A stretch of 42,994 bases of DNA from a bacterium (GCA_030430915.1 JAUIKH010000003.1:1-42994), one strand, 5' to 3'; positions 18,833-28,729 are shown, counted from the first letter of the stretch. Numbers and translations: made by a program. Notes: a model not told the origin generated them from the letters alone.

Positions 18833-19365
18833 TTAGCAGACTCCTTGGGCTTTTTTTCTGATTTTTCTGGCTTTACCTTATCCGCACTTTTTTTATGCCA
18901 TTTTTCTTTTGGTTCTATGGCTTGTAAGGCGCTAACTGTTGCATATGCAATATTGATTTTATTGTTAGATCCAAAAGATTTTGACAAGATATTGCTAATT
19001 CCAGCAACTTCTAACACGACTCTAACGACTCCTCCAGCAATCAAACCAGTACCTGGTGCAGCAGGTTTTAGCATAATTCTTGCTCCGGAAACTTTTCCAA
19101 TTTGTTCATGCGGAATTGTTCCGTTATTTACCGCTATCTCAACGACATTCTTTTTAGCAATATCTGTAGCTTTTGAAATAGCTGCAGTTACATCTGCACC
19201 TTTTGCTACCCCTACACCAACCTTTGACTTACCGTCACCTAAAACAACCAGCGCTCTGAATCTAAATCTTCTACCACCCTTTACAACTCTAGCTACACGA
19301 TCTATAGAGACAACTCTTTCATCATATTGCTTCTCTTCTTTTGGTATTCTTGAATCTCTTGCCAT
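18829..19365 (-). CDS. rpsE: 30S ribosomal protein S5
   Basis: RVARVVKGGRRFRF and PAAPGTGLIAGG. Confidence 0.97.
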   Translation of the reverse strand: MARDSRIPKEEKQYDERVVSIDRVARVVKGGRRFRFRALVVLGDGKSKVGVGVAKGADVTAAISKATDIAKKNVVEIAVNNGTIPHEQIGKVSGARIMLKPAAPGTGLIAGGVVRVVLEVAGISNILSKSFGSNNKINIAYATVSALQAIEPKEKWHKKSADKVKPEKSEKKPKESAK

Positions 19366-19367
19366 AA

Positions 19368-19721
19368 TTAAAACTCCAGACCATTCTTTCTTGCTGCTTC
19401 AGCAAAAGCTTTGATTCTACCATGATACTGTCTAGAACCACGATCTAACACCACTTTATTTATTTTTTTGCTTGAAGCTTCTTTAGCTATTTTCTCACCA
19501 ATTTTTTCTGCCTTTTCAGTCATAGTACCACTTACTTTACTACCAATGGTTGTTGCTGATGCAACTGTAGAGTGAGTTTCGTCATTTATTATTTGCGCAG
19601 ATACATTAGTTGCACTTATTTTAACGCATAGTCTTGGTCTGTCATTTGTACCCTTTGTTTTAGAGCGCGTTCTACGCTGTCTTGCATCTGTATTTACTAT
19701 TTTTTTCAGTCTATCATTCAT
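19368..19721 (-). CDS. rplR: 50S ribosomal protein L18
   Basis: RPRL, AQIIND and YHGRIKAFAEAARKNGLEF. Confidence 0.96.
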   Translation of the reverse strand: MNDRLKKIVNTDARQRRTRSKTKGTNDRPRLCVKISATNVSAQIINDETHSTVASATTIGSKVSGTMTEKAEKIGEKIAKEASSKKINKVVLDRGSRQYHGRIKAFAEAARKNGLEF

Positions 19722-19724
19722 ATA

Positions 19725-20261
19725 CTACTCCTTACCTGACTTTCCACTCTTTCGAAGAATTCTTTCATCAGCATACTTAATACCTTTACCTTTGTATGGT
19801 TCTGGTTTTTTGAATGATCTAATATCCGCAGCCACCTGTCCAACAAGCTGTTTGTCTATACCAGATATTTCAATTGAATTTTTCTCTACTTTTGCTTGCA
19901 CCCCTTGTGGTATCTCATAATTTATTTCGTGAGAAAAACCTAAGCTCATCTTTAAAGTAGTGCCACTTAAAGATACTCTAAAACCTACACCATTTACCTC
20001 TAGTTTTTTCGTAAACCCATCAGTAACACCAATGACCATGTTATTTACTAATGTTCTAAAAAGTCCGTGCTTAGAACGGTGCTCTTTTTCATCAGAATCT
20101 CTAGTTACCGTTGCTATGTTGTTATCAACTTTAATTTTAATTCCAGGCATAGTGAACTGTTTTAATGTTCCCTTTGGACCTTTTACCTCTACGAAATCAT
20201 CATCGACAGTGATTGTCACGCCACTTGGTATCAAGATTGGCTGTTTTCCTATACGACTCAT
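19725..20261 (-). CDS. rplF: 50S ribosomal protein L6
   Basis: MSRIGKQP and PEPYKGKGIKY. Confidence 0.97.
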   Translation of the reverse strand: MSRIGKQPILIPSGVTITVDDDFVEVKGPKGTLKQFTMPGIKIKVDNNIATVTRDSDEKEHRSKHGLFRTLVNNMVIGVTDGFTKKLEVNGVGFRVSLSGTTLKMSLGFSHEINYEIPQGVQAKVEKNSIEISGIDKQLVGQVAADIRSFKKPEPYKGKGIKYADERILRKSGKSGKE

Positions 20262-20280
20262 TATTTATCCTTATATTCCT

Positions 20281-20676
20281 TTAATAAACCTTACAAATTA
20301 CTTCACCACCAAGTTTTTTTGACTTAGCTTGCGTGCCGGTCATAATACCTTTTGAAGTAGATACTATTACCATTCCGCGCCCTTGTTTTACAGTCGGTAT
20401 GTCTTTAACCTTTGAGTATACTCTTCTACCTGGCTTACTCACTCTAGATATTTCAGTTATTGGAGAGTTAGAGTTTTCTTCGATTACTTTAAGTACCAAT
20501 GACTTTTCAATACCAGAGCCTTCGACTTTAGAGCTAACAATATATTTGTTCTCAGCTAATATCTCTGCTACAGATTGCTTTATTTTGCTGTGAGGCATAG
20601 CAACCTGTTCTTGTCTAACGGCTAGTGCATTTCTAATTCGTGTAAGCATGTCTGCTATTGGATCTGTTGAAACCAT
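20281..20676 (-). CDS. rpsH: 30S ribosomal protein S8
   Basis: DPIADMLTRIRNA, SKPGRRVY and STSKG. Confidence 0.97.
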   Translation of the reverse strand: MVSTDPIADMLTRIRNALAVRQEQVAMPHSKIKQSVAEILAENKYIVSSKVEGSGIEKSLVLKVIEENSNSPITEISRVSKPGRRVYSKVKDIPTVKQGRGMVIVSTSKGIMTGTQAKSKKLGGEVICKVY

Positions 20677-20685
20677 ATCTACTCC

Positions 20686-20955
20686 TTACCAACTACTCTT
20701 TGTTATACCAGGTATTTCGCCCTTTACGGCATGTTCTCTAAATGAAATTCTCGATAACCCAAACCTTCTCATGTAAGCTCTAGGTCTTCCTGTCTCACTA
20801 CAACGGTTAGTTTTCCTAGTTGGGCTACTATTTCTTGGAAGTAAGTGTAGACTTTCGTAATCCCCGGCAGCCTTAAGCTCAGCTCTTTTATCGGCATATT
20901 TATCTATCATTTTTTTACGCTTTGCATCTCTAGCAACTATTGATTTCTTAGCCAT
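20686..20955 (-). CDS. rpsN: 30S ribosomal protein S14 (89-aa zinc-free type)
   Basis: [19 protein letters not shown] and PGITKSSW; a single Cys. Confidence 0.97.
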   Translation of the reverse strand: MAKKSIVARDAKRKKMIDKYADKRAELKAAGDYESLHLLPRNSSPTRKTNRCSETGRPRAYMRRFGLSRISFREHAVKGEIPGITKSSW

Positions 20956-20957
20956 AT

Positions 20958-21551
20958 CTATCTCCCTTCTTTCATAAACGGCATGCCAAATTTTTCTAGC
21001 AGTGCTTTTGCATGCTCTTTTTCTTTGGCTTCAATAACAAAATTAACTTGTAACCCGTGAGGAGTTGTTGTCTCTTCAAATGATAGCTCTGGGAACACAC
21101 TTTGATCTGTAAATCCTATGCTAAAGTTTCCTTGTCCGTCGAATGATTTATTTGATACACCGTGAAAGTCACGAAGCCTTGGTAGAACAATGTTTATTAC
21201 TCTATCCATAAATTCATACATTTGTTCGTCTCTAAGAGTCGTCATTGTTCCGATTTTGTTACCTTCTCGTAATTTGAATGTTGCAATCGATAACTTAGCG
21301 GTTCTTTCAATAGGTTTTTGTCCAGTTATTTTAGCTAGTGTATTGTTAGCTACTTCCATTAACTTCTTATCGTCTTTTGCTCTACCTAGTCCAACATTTA
21401 CTACAATTTTAGTTAATTTAGGTGCTTCATTAACGTTTTTTAAACCAAGTTCTTTAGTTAATTCTGTTATGTATTTTTCCTTATACATAGTCTTTAACCT
21501 AGCTGTATAGGAAGGTTTACTAGCTTTAGATTTAGTTTCTTTTACAGCCAT
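20958..21551 (-). CDS. rplE: 50S ribosomal protein L5
   Basis: [15 protein letters not shown] and LPRLRDFHG. Confidence 0.97.
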   Translation of the reverse strand: MAVKETKSKASKPSYTARLKTMYKEKYITELTKELGLKNVNEAPKLTKIVVNVGLGRAKDDKKLMEVANNTLAKITGQKPIERTAKLSIATFKLREGNKIGTMTTLRDEQMYEFMDRVINIVLPRLRDFHGVSNKSFDGQGNFSIGFTDQSVFPELSFEETTTPHGLQVNFVIEAKEKEHAKALLEKFGMPFMKEGR

Positions 21552-21883
21552 TATTTTACTTCCTTTCCGTTAAGTTTATAAACTCTTACTTTATTGCCTG
21601 ATTTATCAAATTTATAACCAATTCTGCTAGGTTTTTTTGAGCTTGGTTCAATTATTGCCACATTGCTTACTGGCAGTGGTTTAGTTTTTTCAACAACTCC
21701 ACCTTGAGGATTTTGTTCAGTCTTTTTTAAGTGTCTTTTCACAACATTAATGTTTTCTACTGTGACCATATTGGTCTTGGGGTGGGTAGAAACAATATTT
21801 CCTGTTCTGCCCTTTTCTTTTCCAGTTAAAACGACGACTTTATCGCCTTTTTTTAGTCTTATTTTGTATACATCATTACCCAT
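21551..21883 (-). CDS. rplX: 50S ribosomal protein L24
   Basis: KKGDKVVVLTGKEKG (KOW motif). Confidence 0.96.
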   Translation of the reverse strand: MGNDVYKIRLKKGDKVVVLTGKEKGRTGNIVSTHPKTNMVTVENINVVKRHLKKTEQNPQGGVVEKTKPLPVSNVAIIEPSSKKPSRIGYKFDKSGNKVRVYKLNGKEVK

Positions 21884-22251
21884 TATAGAACCTCCGGTGC
21901 AAGACTAACTATCTTAGAGTAGCCTAAATCTCTTAATTCACGTGGCACAGGTCCAAAAATTCTAGTTCCTCTAGGAAGCTTATCGTCACCAATAATAACC
22001 GCTGCGTTATCATCAAACTTTATTGTTGAGCCATCTTTTCGTCTTACAACATTTTTTGATCTTACAACTACGGCTTTAACTACAGATTTTTTCTTAACAG
22101 TTCCATTAGGTGCTGCAAATTTAACACTCGCAGTAATTATATCTCCAACTTTTGCGTAGCGCTTTTTGGACCCACCAAGAACTTTAATGCATAAGATTTC
22201 TTTTGCACCGCTGTTGTCGCATACTGCTAGTCTAGATTCCGCTTGGACCAT
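21883..22251 (-). CDS. rplN: 50S ribosomal protein L14
   Basis: [15 protein letters not shown] and [10 protein letters not shown]. Confidence 0.97.
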   Translation of the reverse strand: MVQAESRLAVCDNSGAKEILCIKVLGGSKKRYAKVGDIITASVKFAAPNGTVKKKSVVKAVVVRSKNVVRRKDGSTIKFDDNAAVIIGDDKLPRGTRIFGPVPRELRDLGYSKIVSLAPEVL

Positions 22252-22556
22252 TACTCTTCTCCCTCTTCAGTTTTGGTAGCCGTTATAGCCTCAACGGTAT
22301 CTTCTTTTGATATGGCAGCTTTTGATACTATTCTTTCAAGTTTCAGTCTTTTACGTGCTGAAATTGGTCTGACTTCTTTAGCTTCTACAAGATCTCCGAC
22401 TTTTGCTTCGTTTTTTTCATCATGAGCAATGTACTTTGTAGTACGGCTATACTGCTTTTTATATAGTGGGTGTGTTTTACGCTCAGTTACAGATAGAACT
22501 ATAGTCTTGTCTGCCTTGTCTGAAACTACTGTGCCAATTATTGTTCTTTTAGCCAT
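22251..22556 (-). CDS. rpsQ: 30S ribosomal protein S17
   Basis: [17 protein letters not shown] and RPISARK. Confidence 0.97.
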   Translation of the reverse strand: MAKRTIIGTVVSDKADKTIVLSVTERKTHPLYKKQYSRTTKYIAHDEKNEAKVGDLVEAKEVRPISARKRLKLERIVSKAAISKEDTVEAITATKTEEGEE

Positions 22557-22559
22557 AAT

Positions 22560-22763
22560 TTAAGCCTTTTCCTTTGCTAAATATTCTCCGAGAACTGTTA
22601 GCATCCTAGCTAATTCTCTTCTTTTAATTCGTACTATTCTAGTATTTTGAACTTCCCCCATATGAATACGTCGCTTCATTACAGAGATTTCATCACGAAG
22701 CTCTGAAGTTTTTTTGACTAATTCTTCAGGCTTCATCTTTCTGATATCTTCCATTTTTAACAT
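22560..22763 (-). CDS. rpmC: 50S ribosomal protein L29
   Basis: Position in the S10 operon and RRELARMLTV. Confidence 0.93.
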   Translation of the reverse strand: MLKMEDIRKMKPEELVKKTSELRDEISVMKRRIHMGEVQNTRIVRIKRRELARMLTVLGEYLAKEKA

Positions 22764-22775
22764 GCTAGTAACCTT

Positions 22776-23189
22776 TTAAGCTTCCTCTCTAACTAGAAAT
22801 CTAGTTTTAACAGGTAGTTTATGGGCTGCTAATCTCATTGCTTCGCGCGCCTGCTCTTCAGTAACTCCACCCATTTCAAACATGATTGTTCCTGCTTTGA
22901 CTTTAGCTGCAAAATATTCTGGGTTACCTTTACCGCCACCCATTTTTACATCTTGTGGCTTTTTGGTAACAGGTGTGTGTGGAAATATTCTTATCCAAAT
23001 TTGTCCACCTCTTTTTGTGTACCTAGTCATTGCTTGACGAGCTGCTTCTATTTGACGGCTAGTAATTCTCTCATTAGACATTGACTGTAATGCAAATGTG
23101 CCATGTGCAATAACATTATTGCTTGTAGCTACTCCTTTATTCCTGCCTTTTCGGACTTTACGGAACTTTGTTTTATTTGGGACTAACAT
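22776..23189 (-). CDS. rplP: 50S ribosomal protein L16
   Basis: QIEAAR, WIRIFP, MGGGKG and AAHKLP. Confidence 0.97.
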   Translation of the reverse strand: MLVPNKTKFRKVRKGRNKGVATSNNVIAHGTFALQSMSNERITSRQIEAARQAMTRYTKRGGQIWIRIFPHTPVTKKPQDVKMGGGKGNPEYFAAKVKAGTIMFEMGGVTEEQAREAMRLAAHKLPVKTRFLVREEA

Positions 23190-23819
23190 CTAGATAGCCT
23201 CCCCTTTGTGAATCCATACCTTAACACCGATAACACCAGCTGGTGTTTTAGCGCCAACATGAGCAAAATCTATATCAGCTCTTATTGTATGTAGCGGCAC
23301 AGTTCCTTCAACAAGCTTTTCACGACGGGACATTTCAGCTCCATTTAAACGACCTGCTACTTCTATTCTTATTCCTTTAGCGCCAGATCTCATAGTGGCT
23401 GCACTTGTCATTTTAACTGCCCTTCTAAAAGCGATTCTTCGTTCAAGTTGGTTTGCAATATTTTCAGCAACTAATTTTGCATATAGTTCAGGTTTCTTAA
23501 TTTCTTCTATATTAACTCTGACTTCATGACCATAGATTTTCTGAATCTTTTCCTTCAGTTCATTTACACCAGCACCGCCTCGACCAATAACAACACCTGC
23601 TTTCGCTGTTTGAATAGTTACTGTTACTAGGTTCGGAGATCTTTCAATTTCCACCTGGTTTATAGCAGCTCTAGAGCCTAACTTTTCATTAATATATCGT
23701 CTGACTTCCAAATCTTGAGTTAAGTATTTAGCGTAGTCATTCTTTTCTGCAAACCATTTACTACGCCACTTTTTATTGACCTGGAGCCGCATGCTTATAG
23801 GATTTACTTTTTGACCCAT
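23190..23819 (-). CDS. rpsC: 30S ribosomal protein S3
   Basis: MGQKVNP, GRLNGAEM and GVIGVKVWI. Confidence 0.97.
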   Translation of the reverse strand: MGQKVNPISMRLQVNKKWRSKWFAEKNDYAKYLTQDLEVRRYINEKLGSRAAINQVEIERSPNLVTVTIQTAKAGVVIGRGGAGVNELKEKIQKIYGHEVRVNIEEIKKPELYAKLVAENIANQLERRIAFRRAVKMTSAATMRSGAKGIRIEVAGRLNGAEMSRREKLVEGTVPLHTIRADIDFAHVGAKTPAGVIGVKVWIHKGEAI

Positions 23820-24220
23820 TATTTGCTCTCCTTTTTAGTGACTTTAGTTGAAGCTTTAGCAGGTTTAGCTTTTTTAGGTTTAACTTCACCGCTAACAATT
23901 ACTCTAATGTGACTTGTCTTTCGCTGAAATGGTAGTGCTCTACCATGTGCTGCAGGTCGGTATCTTTTGATTCTTGGTCCAGCAGTAACTGCTATTTCTG
24001 AAATAACTAAACTGTCTTCTTTAAGCTTATTATTATGGATTGCATTTGCTTTTGCACTAGAAATTACTTTATAGACAGCTTTTGATGATCGTCTTGGAGT
24101 GTGTTGTAGAATAACTAATGCATCTTCAACTGTTCTGCCACGAACCAAAGAAGCAACAACAGAAACTTTTCTCGGACTCTGACTGATACCTTTTGCTATT
24201 GCTTTTACTTGGGTACTCAT
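23819..24220 (-). CDS. rplV: 50S ribosomal protein L22
   Basis: SPRKV, SAKANA and RKTSHI. Start moved to ATG 24220, just after the rpsS stop. Confidence 0.96.
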   Translation of the reverse strand: MSTQVKAIAKGISQSPRKVSVVASLVRGRTVEDALVILQHTPRRSSKAVYKVISSAKANAIHNNKLKEDSLVISEIAVTAGPRIKRYRPAAHGRALPFQRKTSHIRVIVSGEVKPKKAKPAKASTKVTKKESK

Positions 24221-24221
24221 A

Positions 24222-24488
24222 CTATTTAGCCAACTTTCCACCGTGTCGACGGAATTTTCTTGTTGGTGCAAATTCGCCCAATTTATGACCAACCATATTT
24301 TCTGTAATAAATACCGGAACATGTACTTTGCCGTTATGTACTGCTATTGTGCGACCCACAAATTCCGGTGGTATAGTGGATGATCTAGCCCAGGTTTTTA
24401 CAACTGAACGGTCGTCACTACCTAAAGCAGATACTTTTTTAGCAAGTTTAGGGTCTATAAATGGTCCTTTTTTCAATGATCTACTCAT
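24222..24488 (-). CDS. rpsS: 30S ribosomal protein S19
   Basis: RSLKKGPF and [13 protein letters not shown]. Confidence 0.97.
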   Translation of the reverse strand: MSRSLKKGPFIDPKLAKKVSALGSDDRSVVKTWARSSTIPPEFVGRTIAVHNGKVHVPVFITENMVGHKLGEFAPTRKFRRHGGKLAK

Positions 24489-24489
24489 A

Positions 24490-25347
24490 TTATTTCCTCT
24501 TTGCCTCGTGGCGTGTTCTTACAATAAACTTATTTGACTTGCTTTTACGGCTTCTGGTTTTATAACCAAGTGTTTTTTGTCCCCAAGGTGTTCTAGGGGC
24601 TGCACCATGGTTTACACCACCACCAATACCATGTCTTCCACCATCACCACCACCATGCGGATGATCGGCAGCATTCATAACAACACCTCTAACTGTTGGT
24701 CTTATGCCCATCTTTCTTTTTCTACCAGCTTTACCGTATTTAACGTTTTGATGTTGAATGTTTCCTGCGTTCCCAATCATAGCCATTGAATCAGAAAGTA
24801 TCATTCTAACTTCACCACTAGGAAGTTTAACTTGGCAATATTTTTCGTCTTTAGCGACTAATTGAGCTCTGTTTCCAGCACTTCTAACTAGTTGTGCACC
24901 ACGACCAGGAGTAAGTTCTATCGCAAATATAGTACTTCCGTTTGGAATTCTATTGAGTGGCAAACGATTTCCTACTTTAATTGGCGCTTCTTTGCCCGAC
25001 TCTACCTTAGCTCCAACTTTAAGTTTTTCTGGAGCAATTATGTAATGGTATACATTGTTATCATCTTTAATACGGGCTATATTGGCAGTTCTACCTGGAT
25101 CGTATTCAATTTGTTCGACTACTGCTTTAGTTCCTTCAGCAAGATTAAAGTTTATTTGACGTATATGCCGTTTAACTCCACCACCTTTATGCCTAGTCGT
25201 TATGCGACCTTTATTATTTCTACCTGCTGTTATTTTTTTAGGTTTAAGCAGTGATTTAACAGGTTTTTTAGCTGTTATTTCTGAAAAATCACGTGTTGTC
25301 ATGCCTCTTCGGCCAGGAGTAGTTGGTTTTAGGTTTTTAACTGCCAT
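24490..25347 (-). CDS. rplB: 50S ribosomal protein L2
   Basis: [17 protein letters not shown] and DHPHGGG. Confidence 0.97.
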   Translation of the reverse strand: MAVKNLKPTTPGRRGMTTRDFSEITAKKPVKSLLKPKKITAGRNNKGRITTRHKGGGVKRHIRQINFNLAEGTKAVVEQIEYDPGRTANIARIKDDNNVYHYIIAPEKLKVGAKVESGKEAPIKVGNRLPLNRIPNGSTIFAIELTPGRGAQLVRSAGNRAQLVAKDEKYCQVKLPSGEVRMILSDSMAMIGNAGNIQHQNVKYGKAGRKRKMGIRPTVRGVVMNAADHPHGGGDGGRHGIGGGVNHGAAPRTPWGQKTLGYKTRSRKSKSNKFIVRTRHEAKRK

Positions 25348-25350
25348 ATT

Positions 25351-25731
25351 CTACTTCTCGCCTTTCTTAGAGTCTTTTTTAGCTTTCTTGTCAGCTACTT
25401 TCTCTAGCTTCTTATTAGTCTTTTCAGCCTTCTCTTCTGCTTCTTGAACAGCAGCAAAAATTGGAATACTTTGGCCTTCTTTTAAGGTCACGTAGGCCTT
25501 CTTCATGTCTGAGCGTGTGCCATTTTCATATTTGCGGTTTCGGTAAGCTCGTTTTTTCTTGCCTTTTTGATTAACAACGTTCACTTTGATCACATCTACT
25601 TTATAAGAATCTTCAACTGCTTTAGCAATTTCTTGCTTATTTAGCTTTGATTCCACAATAAAAACAAACACACCACTTTCACTTATTGCATAAGTTTTTT
25701 CGCTCATTCTAGGACGCAGTACGGTTGACAT
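25351..25731 (-). CDS. rplW: 50S ribosomal protein L23
   Basis: SEKT and KKAYVTL; long Lys/Glu C-terminal tail. Confidence 0.95.
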   Translation of the reverse strand: MSTVLRPRMSEKTYAISESGVFVFIVESKLNKQEIAKAVEDSYKVDVIKVNVVNQKGKKKRAYRNRKYENGTRSDMKKAYVTLKEGQSIPIFAAVQEAEEKAEKTNKKLEKVADKKAKKDSKKGEK

Positions 25732-26381
25732 TATTTAGCCTCCTTAGAAGTTGCTTTTGGTGATAGCCAGTCATTGATAATTTCTAATGATTTTTGACTA
25801 ATAACTATTGAATCCGCGTTAAGGATGTCATATACATTTAGGTTCATTGCGTATACAACCTTAACTTTTTTCAAGTTCCTAGTTGCTCTGTCTGATAAAT
25901 CATCTTTTTGACTAATAACTAATAGTACGTTGTTTTTTGCGTTAATCTTTTCTAAGAATTTAGAAGTTTCAGATGTTTTACCTTTTTTACATTCAAAAGT
26001 TTCAATTACAATTACATTGTCTTTGTTTACGCTTAAAGCTTGTTTAATAGCCTGTCGTTTAGCTTTCGTAGGAAGTTTTTTAGTATAATTTTCATTGCCT
26101 AGTGGGCCGAAAGTGATACCACCACCTCGCCATATAGGAACTCTTATTGAACCGAATCTTGCTCTACCTGTTCCTTTTTGCTTCCAAGGCTTTTTGCCTC
26201 CACCCCTTACTTCACCTCGTTTAAGAGTTTTTGAAAGATTTTCTCTTCCATTTGCCATATAAGAAACATAAGCCTGCTTTAATAAGTCGTGATTGCTAAC
26301 ATCAACATCAAATATAGACTTGTTTAGTTTTGCAGCAGTTGTAGCCTTATTTCCAGATTTAGTAAAAGTAGGTGTAGACAT
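25731..26381 (-). CDS. rplD: 50S ribosomal protein L4
   Basis: GGGKKPWKQKGTGRAR and WRGGGITFGP. Confidence 0.97.
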   Translation of the reverse strand: MSTPTFTKSGNKATTAAKLNKSIFDVDVSNHDLLKQAYVSYMANGRENLSKTLKRGEVRGGGKKPWKQKGTGRARFGSIRVPIWRGGGITFGPLGNENYTKKLPTKAKRQAIKQALSVNKDNVIVIETFECKKGKTSETSKFLEKINAKNNVLLVISQKDDLSDRATRNLKKVKVVYAMNLNVYDILNADSIVISQKSLEIINDWLSPKATSKEAK

Positions 26382-27001
26382 TAGTTGACTCCTTTCACTA
26401 AAACTATACTGTTTTTGGGTCCAGGCACTGCACCCGTTACTGCAATTATTCCTTTTTCAGAATCTACTATTGATACTTTTAGGTTTTTTACAGTAACTTT
26501 TTCAGCCCCCATTCTTCCGGGCATTTTTTTGCCTTTAAAAATTTTTTGAGGATACATAGATCCTATTGAGCCAACTTTTCTGACGTTTCCATTTCCACCA
26601 TGAGTCACTCTTTGACGGCTAAAATTGTGGCGCTTAATGGTTCCTGCAAAGCCTTTACCTTTGCTAGTACCTGTAACGTTAACCACATCTCCAATTGAAA
26701 AAACCTCTGCCGTAAGCTTGCTGCCTACTTTGAGGTCTTCTGGTAATTCTAGATTTTCTGTTCTAAATTCTTTAACTATTTTAGGTGTAATTTTTGATTT
26801 TTTAAAATGATTTTCTTGCGCTTTATTAATCCGCTTTACATTTTCAAAACCGAGTGCAACAGAATTATATCCGTCGTTATCCTTAGTTTTTATTTGTGTT
26901 ACGACACATGGACTAGCGGAAAGCAGTGTGACAGCAGAAACTACACCATCGTCTTGGATAGTACTTGTCATGCCAATCTTTCTTGTTATTAGAGCTTTCA
27001 T
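26381..27001 (-). CDS. rplC: 50S ribosomal protein L3
   Basis: KIGMT, SKGKGFAGTIKR and GAVPG. Confidence 0.97.
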   Translation of the reverse strand: MKALITRKIGMTSTIQDDGVVSAVTLLSASPCVVTQIKTKDNDGYNSVALGFENVKRINKAQENHFKKSKITPKIVKEFRTENLELPEDLKVGSKLTAEVFSIGDVVNVTGTSKGKGFAGTIKRHNFSRQRVTHGGNGNVRKVGSIGSMYPQKIFKGKKMPGRMGAEKVTVKNLKVSIVDSEKGIIAVTGAVPGPKNSIVLVKGVN

Positions 27002-27155
27002 AGTTTGCTATGGAGTAATTACTCCTAAGCCTTTCTTATATTTAAATTTTTATTACCGCACGGATTTATTATGTTTGACATAAAAATGCTTGGTATAAGG
27101 TAGTTTCCTTTTTAGGACTAGCCTTAATACCAAGAAATAAAGCGATATTCATTAC

Positions 27156-27185
27156 AGATTAACACAAAATATTAACAGATGTCAA
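27156..27185 (-). promoter_or_regulatory. Promoter for the rplC operon
   Basis: TTGACA-18 nt-TAATCT with TG extension. Confidence 0.55.
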
Positions 27186-27203
27186 TATGTTGCAAATTCT
27201 ACA

Positions 27204-27467
27204 TTAAATTTGGACTATTAAGCCCATTGGCAACCAAAAACCTACAAAAGTCGCAAGTAGCAACAAGGCATATTCTATTTTTCTATCAATTTGAAAGTGA
27301 TCATGAGAAGCAAAGAATAGCCCAATTAGTAATCCAACCGGAATCGGTACTGACCAATCAGGTAAACTTTCGATTCTCAACCACTGTGACCCTACAATAA
27401 GATATAGAACAAGTTTTAGAAAATATGCTTGATCTGTTTCATTATTTTTTTGTTTTCTTTTGCTCAT
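27204..27467 (-). CDS. Small hypothetical membrane protein (about 3 TM helices)
   Basis: Hydrophobic segments plus SHDHFQIDRKIEYA. The likely start is ATG 27467, 8 nt after TGcTATTAT. Confidence 0.75.
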   Translation of the reverse strand: MSKRKQKNNETDQAYFLKLVLYLIVGSQWLRIESLPDWSVPIPVGLLIGLFFASHDHFQIDRKIEYALLLLATFVGFWLPMGLIVQI

Positions 27468-27497
27468 TATTGCTAATAATAGCATAATTTCTTATGC

Positions 27498-27526
27498 TTG
27501 TCGGATTATTATTTATACTTTAAGAT
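27498..27526 (+). promoter_or_regulatory. Promoter for the opposite-strand orphan
   Basis: TTGTCG-17 nt-TAAGAT, 7 nt before the in-frame ATG 27534. Confidence 0.5.
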
Positions 27527-27533
27527 GAGTATT

Positions 27534-28130
27534 ATGAGTAAAATGGACGTTCCTTTTGATTTTCCTAGACCTGAACCAGAAGAAGCCAACCTAAGTCCTG
27601 AAAATTTAGATATTTCTGCACTAGAAGGAGGTGAAATCTTTAGAGGATTTGAAACCCCACAAGCAGTTGACAAATTTATTAGTAAGGTAGGTCAACAAAT
27701 AATTTCACTAAGTAACACTGGCGGTATTGGTAACTTCTCTTTAGTTGAAAACGCTTCAGTTGGTGGAAGACAGAAAGCAAAAAACAGTATAAGATCAGTT
27801 TCTTCTCTTTTAGAACAAAAGCATTTATCTGTTTATGACATAGACAATTTAATAGTAAAAATTGGTAATATCACAAAACACAGCGATAGATACAGATGGT
27901 CAGATTACGATAATAAGGTGGTAGATACACAGCTGTATATCGGAGCAAGTCTTTTAAGTAGTTTAAGTGATAGAGAAGATAGGATAATTGGATATGGTGG
28001 AACTAGGTTAACAATAGGTTTTGACAGATACTCACGCGACAGAAAAAACACTAGAACAAACTGGAATCCGTATAGTTTATTGACAGCAGATCATAAGCTG
28101 AATGTTTTCCCCGGAAAAGTTGATTGGTAG
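27534..28130 (+). CDS. Hypothetical protein, opposite in orientation to the r-protein cluster
   Basis: About 198-aa ORF filling the gap; no recognised motif; start chosen from the promoter position. Confidence 0.7.
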   Translation: MSKMDVPFDFPRPEPEEANLSPENLDISALEGGEIFRGFETPQAVDKFISKVGQQIISLSNTGGIGNFSLVENASVGGRQKAKNSIRSVSSLLEQKHLSVYDIDNLIVKIGNITKHSDRYRWSDYDNKVVDTQLYIGASLLSSLSDREDRIIGYGGTRLTIGFDRYSRDRKNTRTNWNPYSLLTADHKLNVFPGKVDW

Positions 28131-28146
28131 CAACAAATGTTTATTG

Positions 28147-28563
28147 TTACATTTTAATTTCAGCGTCGCACCCAGCAGGCAAACTAAGATTCATTAATGA
28201 ATCTATCGTCTTTGGTGTAGGCTCAAATACATCAATTAAACGCTTGTGAACACGCATCTCAAATTGTTCTCTACCTTTTTTGTATACATGAGGGCTTTTA
28301 ACAACAGTGAAAGTAGTTTTTCTGGTAGGTAGTGGAATGGGCCCTGCAATACTTGCACCGGTTCGTATTGCCGTATCGACTATTTGTTTCGCAGATTGAT
28401 CAATAATTTTATGATCATAAGATTTTAGTCTGATTCTTATTCTTTGCTTGCCAGGCTTAATTGTAGCTTTTTCATCTGCTTTTTTAGTAGGGCTAGGTTT
28501 TTTCACTGTTTCTTTAGTGGTTTTAGCAGATTTTTTAACTGCTTCTTTCTTGGCTTCCGCCAT
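28147..28563 (-). CDS. rpsJ: 30S ribosomal protein S10 with a Lys-rich N-terminal extension
   Basis: [18 protein letters not shown] and [14 protein letters not shown]; AAAGGAG SD. Confidence 0.97.
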   Translation of the reverse strand: MAEAKKEAVKKSAKTTKETVKKPSPTKKADEKATIKPGKQRIRIRLKSYDHKIIDQSAKQIVDTAIRTGASIAGPIPLPTRKTTFTVVKSPHVYKKGREQFEMRVHKRLIDVFEPTPKTIDSLMNLSLPAGCDAEIKM

Positions 28564-28677
28564 AATGATTTACTCCTTTGGTATGTAACATTAATCTGAT
28601 GATATATAGATCATTCAAAATAACTTTTAGTCATACGCTATTATTTTGATAAATAAACTATAACACTTTATTAAGTA

Positions 28678-28710
28678 TAAAAAAAGTCCGAAATTTTCCG
28701 GACTTTTTTA
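28678..28710 (-). terminator. Intrinsic terminator after tuf (potentially bidirectional)
   Basis: AAAAAAGTCCG-8 nt-CGGACTTTTTT inverted repeat. Confidence 0.85.
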
Positions 28711-28729
28711 TTATTATGCTGTTTTTTAA

